34,878 nt of DNA from an uncultured Longilinea sp. GTDB lineage: Bacteria; Chloroflexota; Anaerolineae; Anaerolineales; Anaerolineaceae. This document shows positions 25,107-34,466 of the stretch, piece after piece. Numbering within the stretch: the first letter of the stretch is position 1; each line of letters starts with the position of its first letter. The notes under the pieces were generated by a model. That model did no database searches and had not been told where the DNA came from. It saw only the letters and a list, made by a program, of their open reading frames with translations. Both the position numbers and the translations under genes were made by a program. The stretch spans positions 1 through 34,878 of the forward strand of contig CALMIB010000097.1 of NCBI GenBank assembly GCA_937863945.1, given 5' to 3'.

Positions 25107-27299
25107 TTATTTGCCGGCGATCCACATCCGCTCACCGTCGGCGGTCAGGCGCAGCCAGTCGTTCAGCCGGGTCCAATGCGCCGGACCCTCGCCCTCCGCC
25201 AGAATCCACTGCGCCTGCCAGGCGTCGCCGGCTGCCAGGTCGGCCGGCCCCAATGCCAGCACCTGCGCGGCGGGGAACTGCCCGGGCGGCAGGCCATTGG
25301 GCGCAGCGACGGTCAGCCCGCGCCATTCGATCAGCACGCCCGCGCCCTGCGCGCTGCGCCCCGCTGAGCGCAGCAGCAGGCCCTCCTCCAGTTGCAGCGT
25401 TTCACCTGCGGCCAGGGTCTCCTGCGGCGAGGGCAGCCGGTCGAGCGCGCTGGACTGCGGCGGCGCCAGCCAGTAGATCTGCGCGGGCGGGCAGCGCTCC
25501 AGCAGGTCCGCCAGGCTGCCGTCCGGCGCGGTGAAGATCACCAGCGCGTCCAGGCAGCGGCGGGCGGGCAGGCGGTCGGCCAGCGGCTGCGAGGCCTGCC
25601 CGGCCAGCAGCAGCGTGCGCCCGCCGGGCGCGGTGACCAGGGCACTGCCGCCGCGGAAGAATTCCACGTGCAGGCGGCCGTCGGGCAGCGGCGCGGCCGC
25701 GCTCCAGGCGGTCACGGCCAGCAGGGCAACCGCGGCGATCCAGGCCAGCGGCTGAACGGTGCGGCGCAGGCGGTGGGCCGCAGGCAGCCGCGGCAGCAGG
25801 GTGAGCGCGAACAGCAGCGCATAGAATGTGAAGGCGGCCGCGGGGGTGATCTGGCCGATGGAGATGGCGCCGCCCGGGATGCCGGCCAGCAGCGCGGTGA
25901 TGCGCAGCGTGTAGGCGGCCAGCGGCCAGGCCAGCCAGGCGAACAACTGCCCCAGCGGCAGCCAGACCAGCCCGCTCAGCAGCGAAAGCCCGCCCAGCAC
26001 CATCAGGGCCGGCTGGGGCGGCAGCGCCAGCGGGTTGGCGACCAGGGCTGAAAGCGACAGCCGTCCGAAGTGGTAGGCGATGACCGGCAGCGTGGTGATC
26101 TGCGCGGCCAGCGTGAAGAGCAGGTATTCGGCCACGGGTTGGGCGATGCGCTGCGCGCGGTTTTTGGGCAGGCGGCGCGCCAGCCGATTGGTCAACCAGC
26201 GCTGCAGCGGGTCGGCGTACAGCACCAGTCCCAGCGTGGCCATGAACGAGAGCTGGAAGCTGGGATCCCAGGGCAGCCAGGGGTTGAACAGGCACATCAG
26301 CGCGGCGGTGAAGGTGAGGCTGTTGACGCCGGCCTGCCTGCGCCCGATCAACCCGCCGAACAGGCCCACCGCGCCCATGATGGCGGCGCGCACCACCGGC
26401 GGCGAGCCGCCCACCAGCAGGGTGTACGCGCTGATCCATATCACGGCGCCCAGCGCGGCCGTGGCGCGCGGCAGAATTTTTCCCAGCAGCAAGACGATCA
26501 ACCCGGCCAGGATGGCGATGTTGAAGCCCGAAATGGCGACGATGTGGGCCGTGCCGGTGTCGCGGAAGGCCTGCTGCGCGTCCTCGGGCAGGCCGGAATC
26601 GTCACCCAGCAGGATGCCGGCCATCAGCGCGGATTCAGGTTGCGGGTAGAGCTGCTCCAGCACGGCGGCCGAGCGCTGCTTGAGCCAGTACAGGCCCGAA
26701 AGCAGCGGCGAGCCGCAATTGCGGCCGACGCGGGTGGCCTGCGGCGCGGCCAACTGGCTGTGCACGCCCTGGCGGGCGAGATACTCACGGTAGGAGAAAC
26801 TGCCGCCTTCGGGCGGGGTGACCGCGCGGGCGGTGATCTCCAGGCAGTCGCCGTAGCGCCACTCCTGATCGGGCGGCAGGGTGGCCAGCGCCAGCCCCGC
26901 AAGCGGCGTCAGGCTGCCGTCGGCGGCCACCTGCGCGGTGACCGCCAGGCGCACGCGCAGGCCGGAAGTGCGCTCTTCGGGCAGGCCGGCAATGCTTGCG
27001 CGCAGCGTCAGCTCGCTGTGGTCGTTGTAATACGCCAGGTCCGCCGGGGTGAACGCAGGCCGCGCCAGCGCCATGCGCAGCCCGCCCAGCCCAAGGGCGG
27101 CCAGCAGCAGCGCGAGCGGGATGCGCGCGAAGCGCCGCCAGCGCAGCAGCCGCGGTTGGCGCAAAAAGCGCGCCTCCAGCCAGGCCAGCAGCACAGCGGC
27201 CGCGGCAGCGCCCGCCCAGCATGCGGGCGGCCAGGCCGGCCGGTTCGCCGATAGCGCCAGCCCCAGGATGAAGCTAAGTGAGAGCCAGAACAGCGGCAA
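25107..27299 (-). CDS. comEC: ComEC/Rec2 DNA-uptake channel with degenerate C-terminal metallo-beta-lactamase domain
   Basis: TTG start with upstream GGAG; OB-like FSYREYLARQG; AGILLGD; GTAHIVAISGFNI; VVRAAIM; SFQLSF-x-AT. Confidence 0.9.
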   Translation of the reverse strand: MPLFWLSLSFILGLALSANRPAWPPACWAGAAAAAVLLAWLEARFLRQPRLLRWRRFARIPLALLLAALGLGGLRMALARPAFTPADLAYYNDHSELTLRASIAGLPEERTSGLRVRLAVTAQVAADGSLTPLAGLALATLPPDQEWRYGDCLEITARAVTPPEGGSFSYREYLARQGVHSQLAAPQATRVGRNCGSPLLSGLYWLKQRSAAVLEQLYPQPESALMAGILLGDDSGLPEDAQQAFRDTGTAHIVAISGFNIAILAGLIVLLLGKILPRATAALGAVIWISAYTLLVGGSPPVVRAAIMGAVGLFGGLIGRRQAGVNSLTFTAALMCLFNPWLPWDPSFQLSFMATLGLVLYADPLQRWLTNRLARRLPKNRAQRIAQPVAEYLLFTLAAQITTLPVIAYHFGRLSLSALVANPLALPPQPALMVLGGLSLLSGLVWLPLGQLFAWLAWPLAAYTLRITALLAGIPGGAISIGQITPAAAFTFYALLFALTLLPRLPAAHRLRRTVQPLAWIAAVALLAVTAWSAAAPLPDGRLHVEFFRGGSALVTAPGGRTLLLAGQASQPLADRLPARRCLDALVIFTAPDGSLADLLERCPPAQIYWLAPPQSSALDRLPSPQETLAAGETLQLEEGLLLRSAGRSAQGAGVLIEWRGLTVAAPNGLPPGQFPAAQVLALGPADLAAGDAWQAQWILAEGEGPAHWTRLNDWLRLTADGERMWIAGK

Positions 27300-27322
27300 G
27301 GTGAGATCTCTCCATCGGTATG

Positions 27323-27371
27323 ATTATAGAATGGAAAGGTGGAAGCGCCGGCCTGAAATTTGCACTATAAT
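27323..27371. promoter_or_regulatory. Divergent -10 boxes for comEC and the beta-propeller gene
   Basis: TATAAT on the minus strand at 27323-27328 and on the plus strand at 27366-27371, in a 103-bp divergent gap; -35 boxes are not evident. Confidence 0.5.
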
Positions 27372-27402
27372 GGCGGAGATTACCAACGGAGAGGTGACTT
27401 TG

Positions 27403-29544
27403 ATGAAAAAGAATACAGCCCGATGGGCATTACCGGTTTTGATCCTGATGCTGTTGCTGCTGCCCATCGCCGGGGCCGCCGCGCAAGGTGGTGAACCGAC
27501 GCTTTATTTACCAGTAGTCTCAAAGGCACCGCCGCCGCCGCCGCCGGCCGTGAAAGCGGTGGGCCCTTCCGGCGGAACGTTCACCGCTGTGGTAATCGAC
27601 CCAGACGATGCCAGCATCCTCTACGTGGGTACCTTCGGGCGGGGCGTGTACAAAAGCCTGGACGGCGGGCTGAACTGGCAGGCGGCCAACAATGGCCTGG
27701 AAAACTGGACCATTCAATCGCTGACCATCCGTTCCTCCGATGGGATGCTGTTTGCCGGAACGTACGGCAGCGGGATTTACCGTTCGAGCGACGGCGGGTT
27801 GAACTGGCAGCCGGTGAATAGTCCGGCTGACGGGATTTTGGAAAAATTGATCGTCTATGACATTGAAATCGCACCCAGCCAGCCGGCAACGGTGTTCCTT
27901 TCCGGGCGCACGCAGGGCGAATGTTACAGCGCAGATTGCGAACTGTTTGGCTATCTCTACAAAAGCACCGACAACGGCCTGACCTGGGCGCGCGTGTGGG
28001 ACAGCCAATTAATGTTCACAAATGGCGATTATTCCTACGATATCGAAGTGGATCCGACCAGCGAACAGATCGTCTATTTCACCGCCCACCGCAACGGCGT
28101 GTACAAGAGCGTGAACGGCGGATCGACCTGGTTGGCAAAACAAGCTGCGCCACTCGATCTAAAAGCCCGAAAACTGTTGATCGTGACCAGTCCGCCGAAT
28201 ACGGTTTATAACAGTACCTATGCAACAGCAGGGGTCTATAAATCCACGACCGGCGGTGATGGGTGGGCGGTCGATAACGCACAATTGCCATCTCCGCTCT
28301 ATGGTTTTGCCCTTTCCCGGGACACCCAAAATCCGATGGACCTATACCTGGGAACCGGGGACAAGGGCGTGTTTAAATCGTCAATGCCGTTAGATCAACC
28401 AGCGAGTTGGCAGCCGTGGGGATTGCCCAGCAGCTTTATCTGGGCGTTCGCGCAGGTGCCCGGCGCCAGCCCGGCTTTGTATGCCGCCACGGGCGGCAAC
28501 GGCCTGCAATATTCGCCGGACGGCAGCGCCAACTGGCAAGCGCGCAGTCAGGGAATTTTTAACACCAATATCACCGCGCTGGTGAATTTCAACGGCGCGC
28601 TGTACGCCGGGGTGAACGGCGGCGGCGTATCCAAATATGACCCCAATGGCGAAACCTGGCAGGCGGTCAACAGCGGGCTGGTGAATTTGAATGTGCAGAA
28701 CTTGCTGGTGATTGAAGGCGGGCTGTACGCCGTGACGACGACCGACCTTTACGTCAGCGCCGACGGGCTCAACTGGACGGTGGCGCGCAGCATGCCGGTT
28801 TCGGCGCCGGGCGGGTCAACGCAGCCTGAGGCGGCGCTGCCGTTTGGCGAGCGAAACGCGCTGCCGGATGAGGAGCAATTCCTGCTGCAGCCGCAGGCGC
28901 CGGACAGCCCCCTGGAGGGCCTGGTCACGCCGCTGGGGGTGAGCCGCCCGATCACTTCGGCCGCGCGCAACTGGAAAGGGTTTTGGACCGGCACGGCCGG
29001 CGGCGGAATTTATCGGGACGGCCAGTATTGTACTTATTCCGGGCGGACGATTTATGCCATGCATCTCAGCCAGGCCGATGGTTCATTATATGCCAGCCTG
29101 ACCGGGGATTCGGGTAATCCTTATGCGGTCATAAAGTGGAAGGACGTTTACTCAAACAATTGCGGTGATTGGGATAACGAATCCATTTCGAATACCGTCC
29201 TGGTGTACAGCTTTGCTTCCAACCAGGCGCGCACATTTGGGGCTACCAATACAGGCATCTATTATAAGAATATAAGTACAACCACCTGGGTCAAGGCAAA
29301 TGGCATCTCCGACACGGTTCATGCGGTGGCGTTCGATCCTTATAACCCGAACCTGCTTTACGCGGCAACCTGGAACGGCGCTTTCATCAGCACGGACGGC
29401 GGCTTGAACTGGACGCAGGCGCCGAAGGCCGAGCTGCAGGGTCGAGAATTTTTCTCGGTGCAGGTGGATGCCGCCAACCCGAACATCGTTTACTTTGGCA
29501 GCCGCAACGGCAGCACCTACCGCTGGGATAAGACGTTGCCGTGA
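27403..29544 (+). CDS. Secreted BNR/Asp-box beta-propeller protein (VPS10/GH74/YCF48-like), function unknown
   Basis: RBS GAGGTG; signal peptide ending AAA-Q; LYLPVV motif and poly-Pro linker; repeated S-x-D/N-G-G-x-x-W Asp boxes (SLDGGLNW, SSDGGLNW, STDNGLTW, SVNGGSTW, STDGGLNW). Confidence 0.85.
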   Translation: MKKNTARWALPVLILMLLLLPIAGAAAQGGEPTLYLPVVSKAPPPPPPAVKAVGPSGGTFTAVVIDPDDASILYVGTFGRGVYKSLDGGLNWQAANNGLENWTIQSLTIRSSDGMLFAGTYGSGIYRSSDGGLNWQPVNSPADGILEKLIVYDIEIAPSQPATVFLSGRTQGECYSADCELFGYLYKSTDNGLTWARVWDSQLMFTNGDYSYDIEVDPTSEQIVYFTAHRNGVYKSVNGGSTWLAKQAAPLDLKARKLLIVTSPPNTVYNSTYATAGVYKSTTGGDGWAVDNAQLPSPLYGFALSRDTQNPMDLYLGTGDKGVFKSSMPLDQPASWQPWGLPSSFIWAFAQVPGASPALYAATGGNGLQYSPDGSANWQARSQGIFNTNITALVNFNGALYAGVNGGGVSKYDPNGETWQAVNSGLVNLNVQNLLVIEGGLYAVTTTDLYVSADGLNWTVARSMPVSAPGGSTQPEAALPFGERNALPDEEQFLLQPQAPDSPLEGLVTPLGVSRPITSAARNWKGFWTGTAGGGIYRDGQYCTYSGRTIYAMHLSQADGSLYASLTGDSGNPYAVIKWKDVYSNNCGDWDNESISNTVLVYSFASNQARTFGATNTGIYYKNISTTTWVKANGISDTVHAVAFDPYNPNLLYAATWNGAFISTDGGLNWTQAPKAELQGREFFSVQVDAANPNIVYFGSRNGSTYRWDKTLP

Positions 29545-29553
29545 GGGAAGTCA

Positions 29554-29620
29554 ATGAGTGATGAGTTCCGGGTTCTGAGAGAGGGATTTTCTTTCTCAGA
29601 ATACGTTACCCATCACTTAT
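29554..29620 (+). terminator. Long imperfect hairpin after the beta-propeller gene
   Basis: Outer arms ATGAGTGATGAGT (29554-29566) / ACCCATCACTTAT (29608-29620); inner arms TTCTGAGAGAG (29573-29583) / CTTTCTCAGAA (29591-29601). No U-tract, so the role is uncertain. Confidence 0.4.
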
Positions 29621-29648
29621 CCCATCCCATCCCTCGTCGGAAGCACGC

Positions 29649-29789
29649 ATGGCACAATCTTTCGCCCAAAAGCTCAACCTGAAACCAGGCCAGGCGCTGG
29701 CGCTGGTGAACCCGCCTCAGGGCATGGCCGCGCTGGACGAGGGCTGGTCGGCGATGCGCTTCCGGCGGGAAGAAGGATCGAGGTCATAG
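29649..29789 (+). pseudogene. 46-codon ORF resembling an internally deleted DUF3052-family gene
   Basis: MAQSFAQKLNLKPGQALALVNPPQG is joined directly to MAALDEGWSAMRFRREEGSRS*. These match the recalled N-terminal (KL-x-I/LKPG...N-x-P) and C-terminal (DE-x-WSA-x-RF) family motifs. Confidence 0.6.
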
Positions 29790-30491
29790 ATGGGGGACGG
29801 TTTTGTGCCCATACTCGACACGGTTGATCTGGACTCCTGCTCCGCCGCGGACGACGTGGCGGTGGTGATCGATGTGCTGCGTGCCTTCAGCACGGCCGCC
29901 TACGCGCTGGCCGCCGGCGCGGAGCGCATCTGGCTGGTGAGCGGCGTGGAGGAAGCCCTGGCGCTGCGCGCGCGCACCCCTGGCGCGCTGGCGATGGGCG
30001 AGGTGGGCGGGATCAAAGCCGCGGGCTTCGACCTGGGCAATTCACCGCATGGGTTGAACGGGCGCGACCTGCGCGGGCGCACGCTGATTCACCGCAGCAG
30101 CGCGGGCACGCAGGGCGTGGTGCGCGCGGCGAAGGCGCGGGCGCTGTTTGGCGCTTCGTTTGTGTGTGCGGCGGCCACCGCGCGCGCTGTGCTGGCGTTG
30201 GCGCCGCGCCGGGTGACGCTGGTGGTTACCGGGCGGCGCGTGGATAACAGCGGCGACGAGGACCTGGCCTGCGCCGAATACCTGGCCGGGCTGCTGCGCG
30301 GCGAGCGCCCCGATCCGGCTTTATACCTGCGGCGGGTGCGCGCATCGCAGAACGCCGGCCTGTTCACCCATCCCGCCAACCCCGATTTTCCACCCGAGGA
30401 CCTGGACCTGTGCACGCAGCTCGACCGATTTGATTTTGCACTGCCGGTGCGGCGTCTTGATGGACGGCTGGAGATGAGGCGAGGGGAATGA
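29790..30491 (+). CDS. comB: 2-phosphosulfolactate phosphatase family (ComB); alternative start GTG 29805
   Basis: VVIDVLRAFST, GE-x-GG, GFDLGNSP, SSAGT-x-G, EDLACA. Confidence 0.88.
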   Translation: MGDGFVPILDTVDLDSCSAADDVAVVIDVLRAFSTAAYALAAGAERIWLVSGVEEALALRARTPGALAMGEVGGIKAAGFDLGNSPHGLNGRDLRGRTLIHRSSAGTQGVVRAAKARALFGASFVCAAATARAVLALAPRRVTLVVTGRRVDNSGDEDLACAEYLAGLLRGERPDPALYLRRVRASQNAGLFTHPANPDFPPEDLDLCTQLDRFDFALPVRRLDGRLEMRRGE

Positions 30492-30693
30492 CTGCCGCGA
30501 CAGCGGCCGATTGCGCCAAAACGCATCAAATCGCATAGTTGAACTGCTGTCAAGGGCGCGGGCCGCAAAGCTGTCAAAACTGTCAGATCGAAAATGCACC
30601 CGAAGGCCGCGCGTTATCGGGTAGAATCAAGCTGCCTGTTCGCTGCCGCACCCACATAAAATCTTATCCCGCGGCGAACCTTTCCTAATCTGC

Positions 30694-32466
30694 ATGCACA
30701 TTCCCATCGCCACCCCCCGCCCCACATCTTCTCAAGCCCGGCTGCTGCTGCGCTGTTTCGGCTACCTGCGGCCGCATTGGAAATTAACCGCCGGCGCGTA
30801 CCTGACCATGCTGGTCATCGACGCGTTCAATATGCTCAACCCGCAACTGCTGCGCTGGACCATCGACAAGGGCATCCTGGCAGGCGATTTTCGGCTGCTG
30901 GGGCTGGCCTCGCTGGCGCTGCTGGGATTGGTCATCCTCAAGGGCGTACTGACCTATTTCCAGGGGCGCTGGACCGAAACTGCCTCGCAAAACGTGGCCT
31001 ACGATCTGCGCAACGAATTGCAGCGCAAGATTACGCTGCTCTCGTTTTCCTTTCACGACCAGGCCCAGGCCGGCGACCTGCTCTCGCGCGCCATCCAGGA
31101 CGTGGAGCGCATCCGCTTCCTCACGGGGCGGGCGACCTTCCGCGTGGCGGAGGGCGTGGTGATGATGCTGGCGACCGCCGCGGTGATGATTGTGATGAAC
31201 CCGCGCCTGGCGCTGCTGGCGGTGCTGGCCATTCCGCTGCTGGCCTACCAGTCGATCCGCTTCGGGCGCGTGTTCCGCCCGCTTTCGCGCCTGATCCAGG
31301 AGCAACTGGCGGCGCTGACCACCCGCGTGGAGCAGAACCTGCGCGGCGCGCGCGTGGTGAAGACCTTTGCGCAGGAGGAGCAGGAGATCCGGCGCTTCGA
31401 GGACGAAAACCAGCGCTGGTTCGAGCTGGCCTCCACCTCGGCGCGCCTGCAGGCCGTGCACATGCCGCTGTTGCAGTGGATCGCCAACATCAGCAGCGTG
31501 GGCATCCTGCTCTACGGCGGCATGCTGGTGATCAACGGGCAATTGACCATCGGCGAACTGGTGGCTTTCACCACCTACATGGGGCAACTGGTTTCGCCGG
31601 TGCGCTATTTGGGCATGATCCTGCCGGCCATCGCCATGGCGGCCGCTTCGGCCGAACGCATCTTTGATATCCTGGACCGGGCGCCGGAAGTGCGCGAACA
31701 ACCCGGCGCACGGCCGCTGGAAATATGTGAGGGGCGGGTGCGCTTCGAGAACGTATCCTTCGCCTATGGACAGAACCGCGTGCTGCGTGAGATCTCCTTC
31801 GAGGCGCAGCCCAACCAGGTGGTGGCGCTGCTGGGGCCGAACGGCTCGGGCAAGACCAGCATCGTCAACCTGATCCCGCGCTTTTACGACCCCACCGAGG
31901 GGCGCATCTGCATCGACGGCACCGACATCCGTGAGGTCACGCTGGCTTCGCTGCGCGGGCAAATCGGCATGGTGCTGCAGGAGACCACCCTGTTCGAGGC
32001 CTCGATCCGCGAGAACATTTCCTTCGGGCGGCCGGACGCCAGCGAAGAGGAGATCATCGCGGCGGCGCGGGCGGCCCAGGCGCACGATTTTATCGTGCAG
32101 TCGGCCAACGGCTACGACACCGCAGTCGGCGAGCGCGGCGTGACGCTTTCGGGCGGGCAAAAGCAGCGTTTGGCCATCGCCCGCGCCCTGCTGACCGATC
32201 CGCGCATTTTGATACTGGATGACGCCACCTCGAGCGTCGATTCGGAGACCGAACACCGCATCCAACTGGCGCTGGAGCGGGTGATGCAGGGGCGCACCAC
32301 GTTCGTCATCGCGCACCGCCTGAGCACGGTGCAGCGCGCCGATTTGATCCTGGTGCTGGAGAAGGGGCGCATCGCGGCGCGCGGGCAGCACGCCGAATTG
32401 CTCAAGTCGTCGCCGCTGTATGCCAGCATCTGCCAGCAGCAGTTGAAGGGCCAGGGGAGGAACTGA
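30694..32466 (+). CDS. Heterodimeric ABC exporter subunit (TMD+NBD; non-canonical Walker B)
   Basis: Six-TM ABC membrane domain; GPNGSGKT, LSGGQ, ILDDAT (Asp in place of the catalytic Glu), IAHRLST. Confidence 0.93.
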   Translation: MHIPIATPRPTSSQARLLLRCFGYLRPHWKLTAGAYLTMLVIDAFNMLNPQLLRWTIDKGILAGDFRLLGLASLALLGLVILKGVLTYFQGRWTETASQNVAYDLRNELQRKITLLSFSFHDQAQAGDLLSRAIQDVERIRFLTGRATFRVAEGVVMMLATAAVMIVMNPRLALLAVLAIPLLAYQSIRFGRVFRPLSRLIQEQLAALTTRVEQNLRGARVVKTFAQEEQEIRRFEDENQRWFELASTSARLQAVHMPLLQWIANISSVGILLYGGMLVINGQLTIGELVAFTTYMGQLVSPVRYLGMILPAIAMAAASAERIFDILDRAPEVREQPGARPLEICEGRVRFENVSFAYGQNRVLREISFEAQPNQVVALLGPNGSGKTSIVNLIPRFYDPTEGRICIDGTDIREVTLASLRGQIGMVLQETTLFEASIRENISFGRPDASEEEIIAAARAAQAHDFIVQSANGYDTAVGERGVTLSGGQKQRLAIARALLTDPRILILDDATSSVDSETEHRIQLALERVMQGRTTFVIAHRLSTVQRADLILVLEKGRIAARGQHAELLKSSPLYASICQQQLKGQGRN

Positions 32467-34322
32467 TGGGATTTGGCATTGGCGTTTCCAACCCCGGCAT
32501 GGGCCCGCGCGGCGCGCTGGATTCGTTTTCAGGCGGCGAGGAGGACCGGCGCGGCGCGGTATTTAACAAGCGCGTGGTGACGCGCATGCTGGCCTACCTG
32601 CGTCCCTACCGGCGGCAGATGACGCTGGCGGTGCTCACCATGCTGGTCATTACCGCCCTGACGCTGCTGACGCCCTACCTGCTCAAGCTGGCCATCGATC
32701 AGGCCATCACCCACGGCGACCGTGAGGAATTGATCCGGCTTTCGGTATATACCGCCTTGGCCTATACCGCGCTGTACGGCGCGACCGCCGTGCAGCAATA
32801 TTTGCTCTCGTGGGTGGGGCAGCGCGTGCTGGCCAACCTGCGCAGCGAGCTGTTCGCGCACCTGCAAAAGCTCTCGTTGGGCTACCACGATACGCACATC
32901 GTCGGCGTGACCGTTTCGCGGGTGATGAACGACGTGGCGGCCATCAACGAACTGCTCTCGCAGGGCGTGATCACGCTGGCCGGCGACGTGCTGGTGCTGG
33001 CGGGCATCATGGCCATCATGCTCTCGATGAGCTCTTACCTGGCGCTGCTGGCCTTCACGGTGCTGCCGCTGATGGTGCTGGCCACCTGGTGGTTTTCCAG
33101 CCGGGCGCGCGGGGCCTTCCGGCGCACGCGCACCTCGGTGGCCAGGGTGGTGGGCGACCTGGCCGAGGATATCTCCGGCGTGCGCGTCATCCAGGCCTTC
33201 GGGCAGGAGAACACCAGCCAGGAGCGTTTCAACCAGGTCAACGAGGCCAACCGCGACGCCAACATCAGCGCGATGAACCTGTCGTTCATCTTCCTGCCGG
33301 CGATTGAGTTCCTGGGCGTGCTGGCCACGGTGATCGTGCTGTGGTTCGGCGGGCAGGCGGTGGCGCGCGAGGCGGTCACGCTGGGCACGCTGGTGGCCTT
33401 CCTTTCATACGTGACGCGCTTCTTCCAGCCGGTGCAGGAGCTCAGCCGCATGGTGACCACGCTGCAAAGCGCCATGGCCGGCGGCGAGCAGGTGCTGCGC
33501 CTGCTGGATACGCCGCCGGAAGTGCAGGACAGGCCCGGCGCGGTGGAATTGACGCTGGACGGCGCGCCGCGCATCGACTTCGAGGCGGTTGACTTCCGCT
33601 ACCGGCCGGGGCTGCCGATCGTGCTGAGCGGCCTGGATCTGAGCATTCTGCCCGGGCAGACCGTGGCGCTGGTCGGCGCCACCGGCGCGGGCAAATCCTC
33701 GATTGCCAACCTGATCGCGCGCTTTTACGAGGTGGAACGGGGCGCGGTGAAGATCAACGGCGTGGACGTGCGCGACGTGACGCAGACCTCGCTGCGCCGG
33801 CAGATCGGGCTGGTGCCGCAGGACGCCTTCCTGTTCTCGGGCAGCATCGCCGACAATATCCGCTACGGCCGGCCGGATGCGACCGACGCCGAGGTGGAGC
33901 AGGCTGCGCGGCTGGCCAACGCGCATGAGTTCATCAGCGCGCGGCCGGAGGGCTATCAGACCCTGGTGCAGGAGGGCGCGGCCAACCTGTCGGTGGGGCA
34001 GCGGCAGTTGGTGTGCATCGCGCGCGCCATTTTGACCGATCCGCGCATCCTGATCCTCGACGAGGCCACCTCCAACGTCGACAGCCTGACCGAGGCGCTG
34101 ATCCAGGACGCGCTGCGCGCGCTGTTCCAGGGGCGCACCTCGGTGGTCATCGCGCACCGCCTCAGCACCATCCGCAACGCCGACCTGATCTGCGTGGTGG
34201 AGGGCGGCCGGGTGGTCGAGCAGGGCCGGCACGCGGAGCTGCTGGCGCGCGGCGGCGCATACGCCGCGCTGTATCAACGGCAGTTTGGCGGCGGTGGGCA
34301 GCCCGAAGCAGGCCATTCCTGA
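32466..34322 (+). CDS. Heterodimeric ABC exporter subunit (TMD+NBD; non-canonical signature)
   Basis: TGATG overlap; GATGAGKS, LSVGQ, ILDEAT, IAHRLST. The asymmetry is complementary to the partner, as in TM287/288-type exporters. Confidence 0.93.
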   Translation: MGFGIGVSNPGMGPRGALDSFSGGEEDRRGAVFNKRVVTRMLAYLRPYRRQMTLAVLTMLVITALTLLTPYLLKLAIDQAITHGDREELIRLSVYTALAYTALYGATAVQQYLLSWVGQRVLANLRSELFAHLQKLSLGYHDTHIVGVTVSRVMNDVAAINELLSQGVITLAGDVLVLAGIMAIMLSMSSYLALLAFTVLPLMVLATWWFSSRARGAFRRTRTSVARVVGDLAEDISGVRVIQAFGQENTSQERFNQVNEANRDANISAMNLSFIFLPAIEFLGVLATVIVLWFGGQAVAREAVTLGTLVAFLSYVTRFFQPVQELSRMVTTLQSAMAGGEQVLRLLDTPPEVQDRPGAVELTLDGAPRIDFEAVDFRYRPGLPIVLSGLDLSILPGQTVALVGATGAGKSSIANLIARFYEVERGAVKINGVDVRDVTQTSLRRQIGLVPQDAFLFSGSIADNIRYGRPDATDAEVEQAARLANAHEFISARPEGYQTLVQEGAANLSVGQRQLVCIARAILTDPRILILDEATSNVDSLTEALIQDALRALFQGRTSVVIAHRLSTIRNADLICVVEGGRVVEQGRHAELLARGGAYAALYQRQFGGGGQPEAGHS

Positions 34323-34411
34323 TTGGCGGCAAGGTTTTTTGGATGGTGAAGGCCGCCTCTGCCTGCGGCCGGGTTTTTCCCCTTGCCAGCCGTTTTTAAA
34401 CAATCATCCCA

Positions 34412-34448
34412 ATGAAAATCAAACGAAGGCGCCTGGTGCGCCCTCGTT
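34412..34448 (-). terminator. Probable intrinsic terminator of mscL
   Basis: Minus strand reads AACGAGGGCGC-ACCAG-GCGCCTTCGTT followed by TGATTTTC, just after the mscL stop. Confidence 0.55.
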
Positions 34449-34466
34449 ATGCGTGTGCGGTTTTAA

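Noticed and set aside
25107-30491. comEC and comB as a competence cluster
   Set aside because: This is a name collision: the ComB here is the phosphosulfolactate phosphatase family, unrelated to DNA uptake. With no comA/comC nearby, coenzyme M synthesis is not supported either.
30694-34322. Non-canonical DDAT and LSVGQ motifs as signs of an inactive transporter
   Set aside because: This is the normal degenerate-site asymmetry of heterodimeric ABC exporters.
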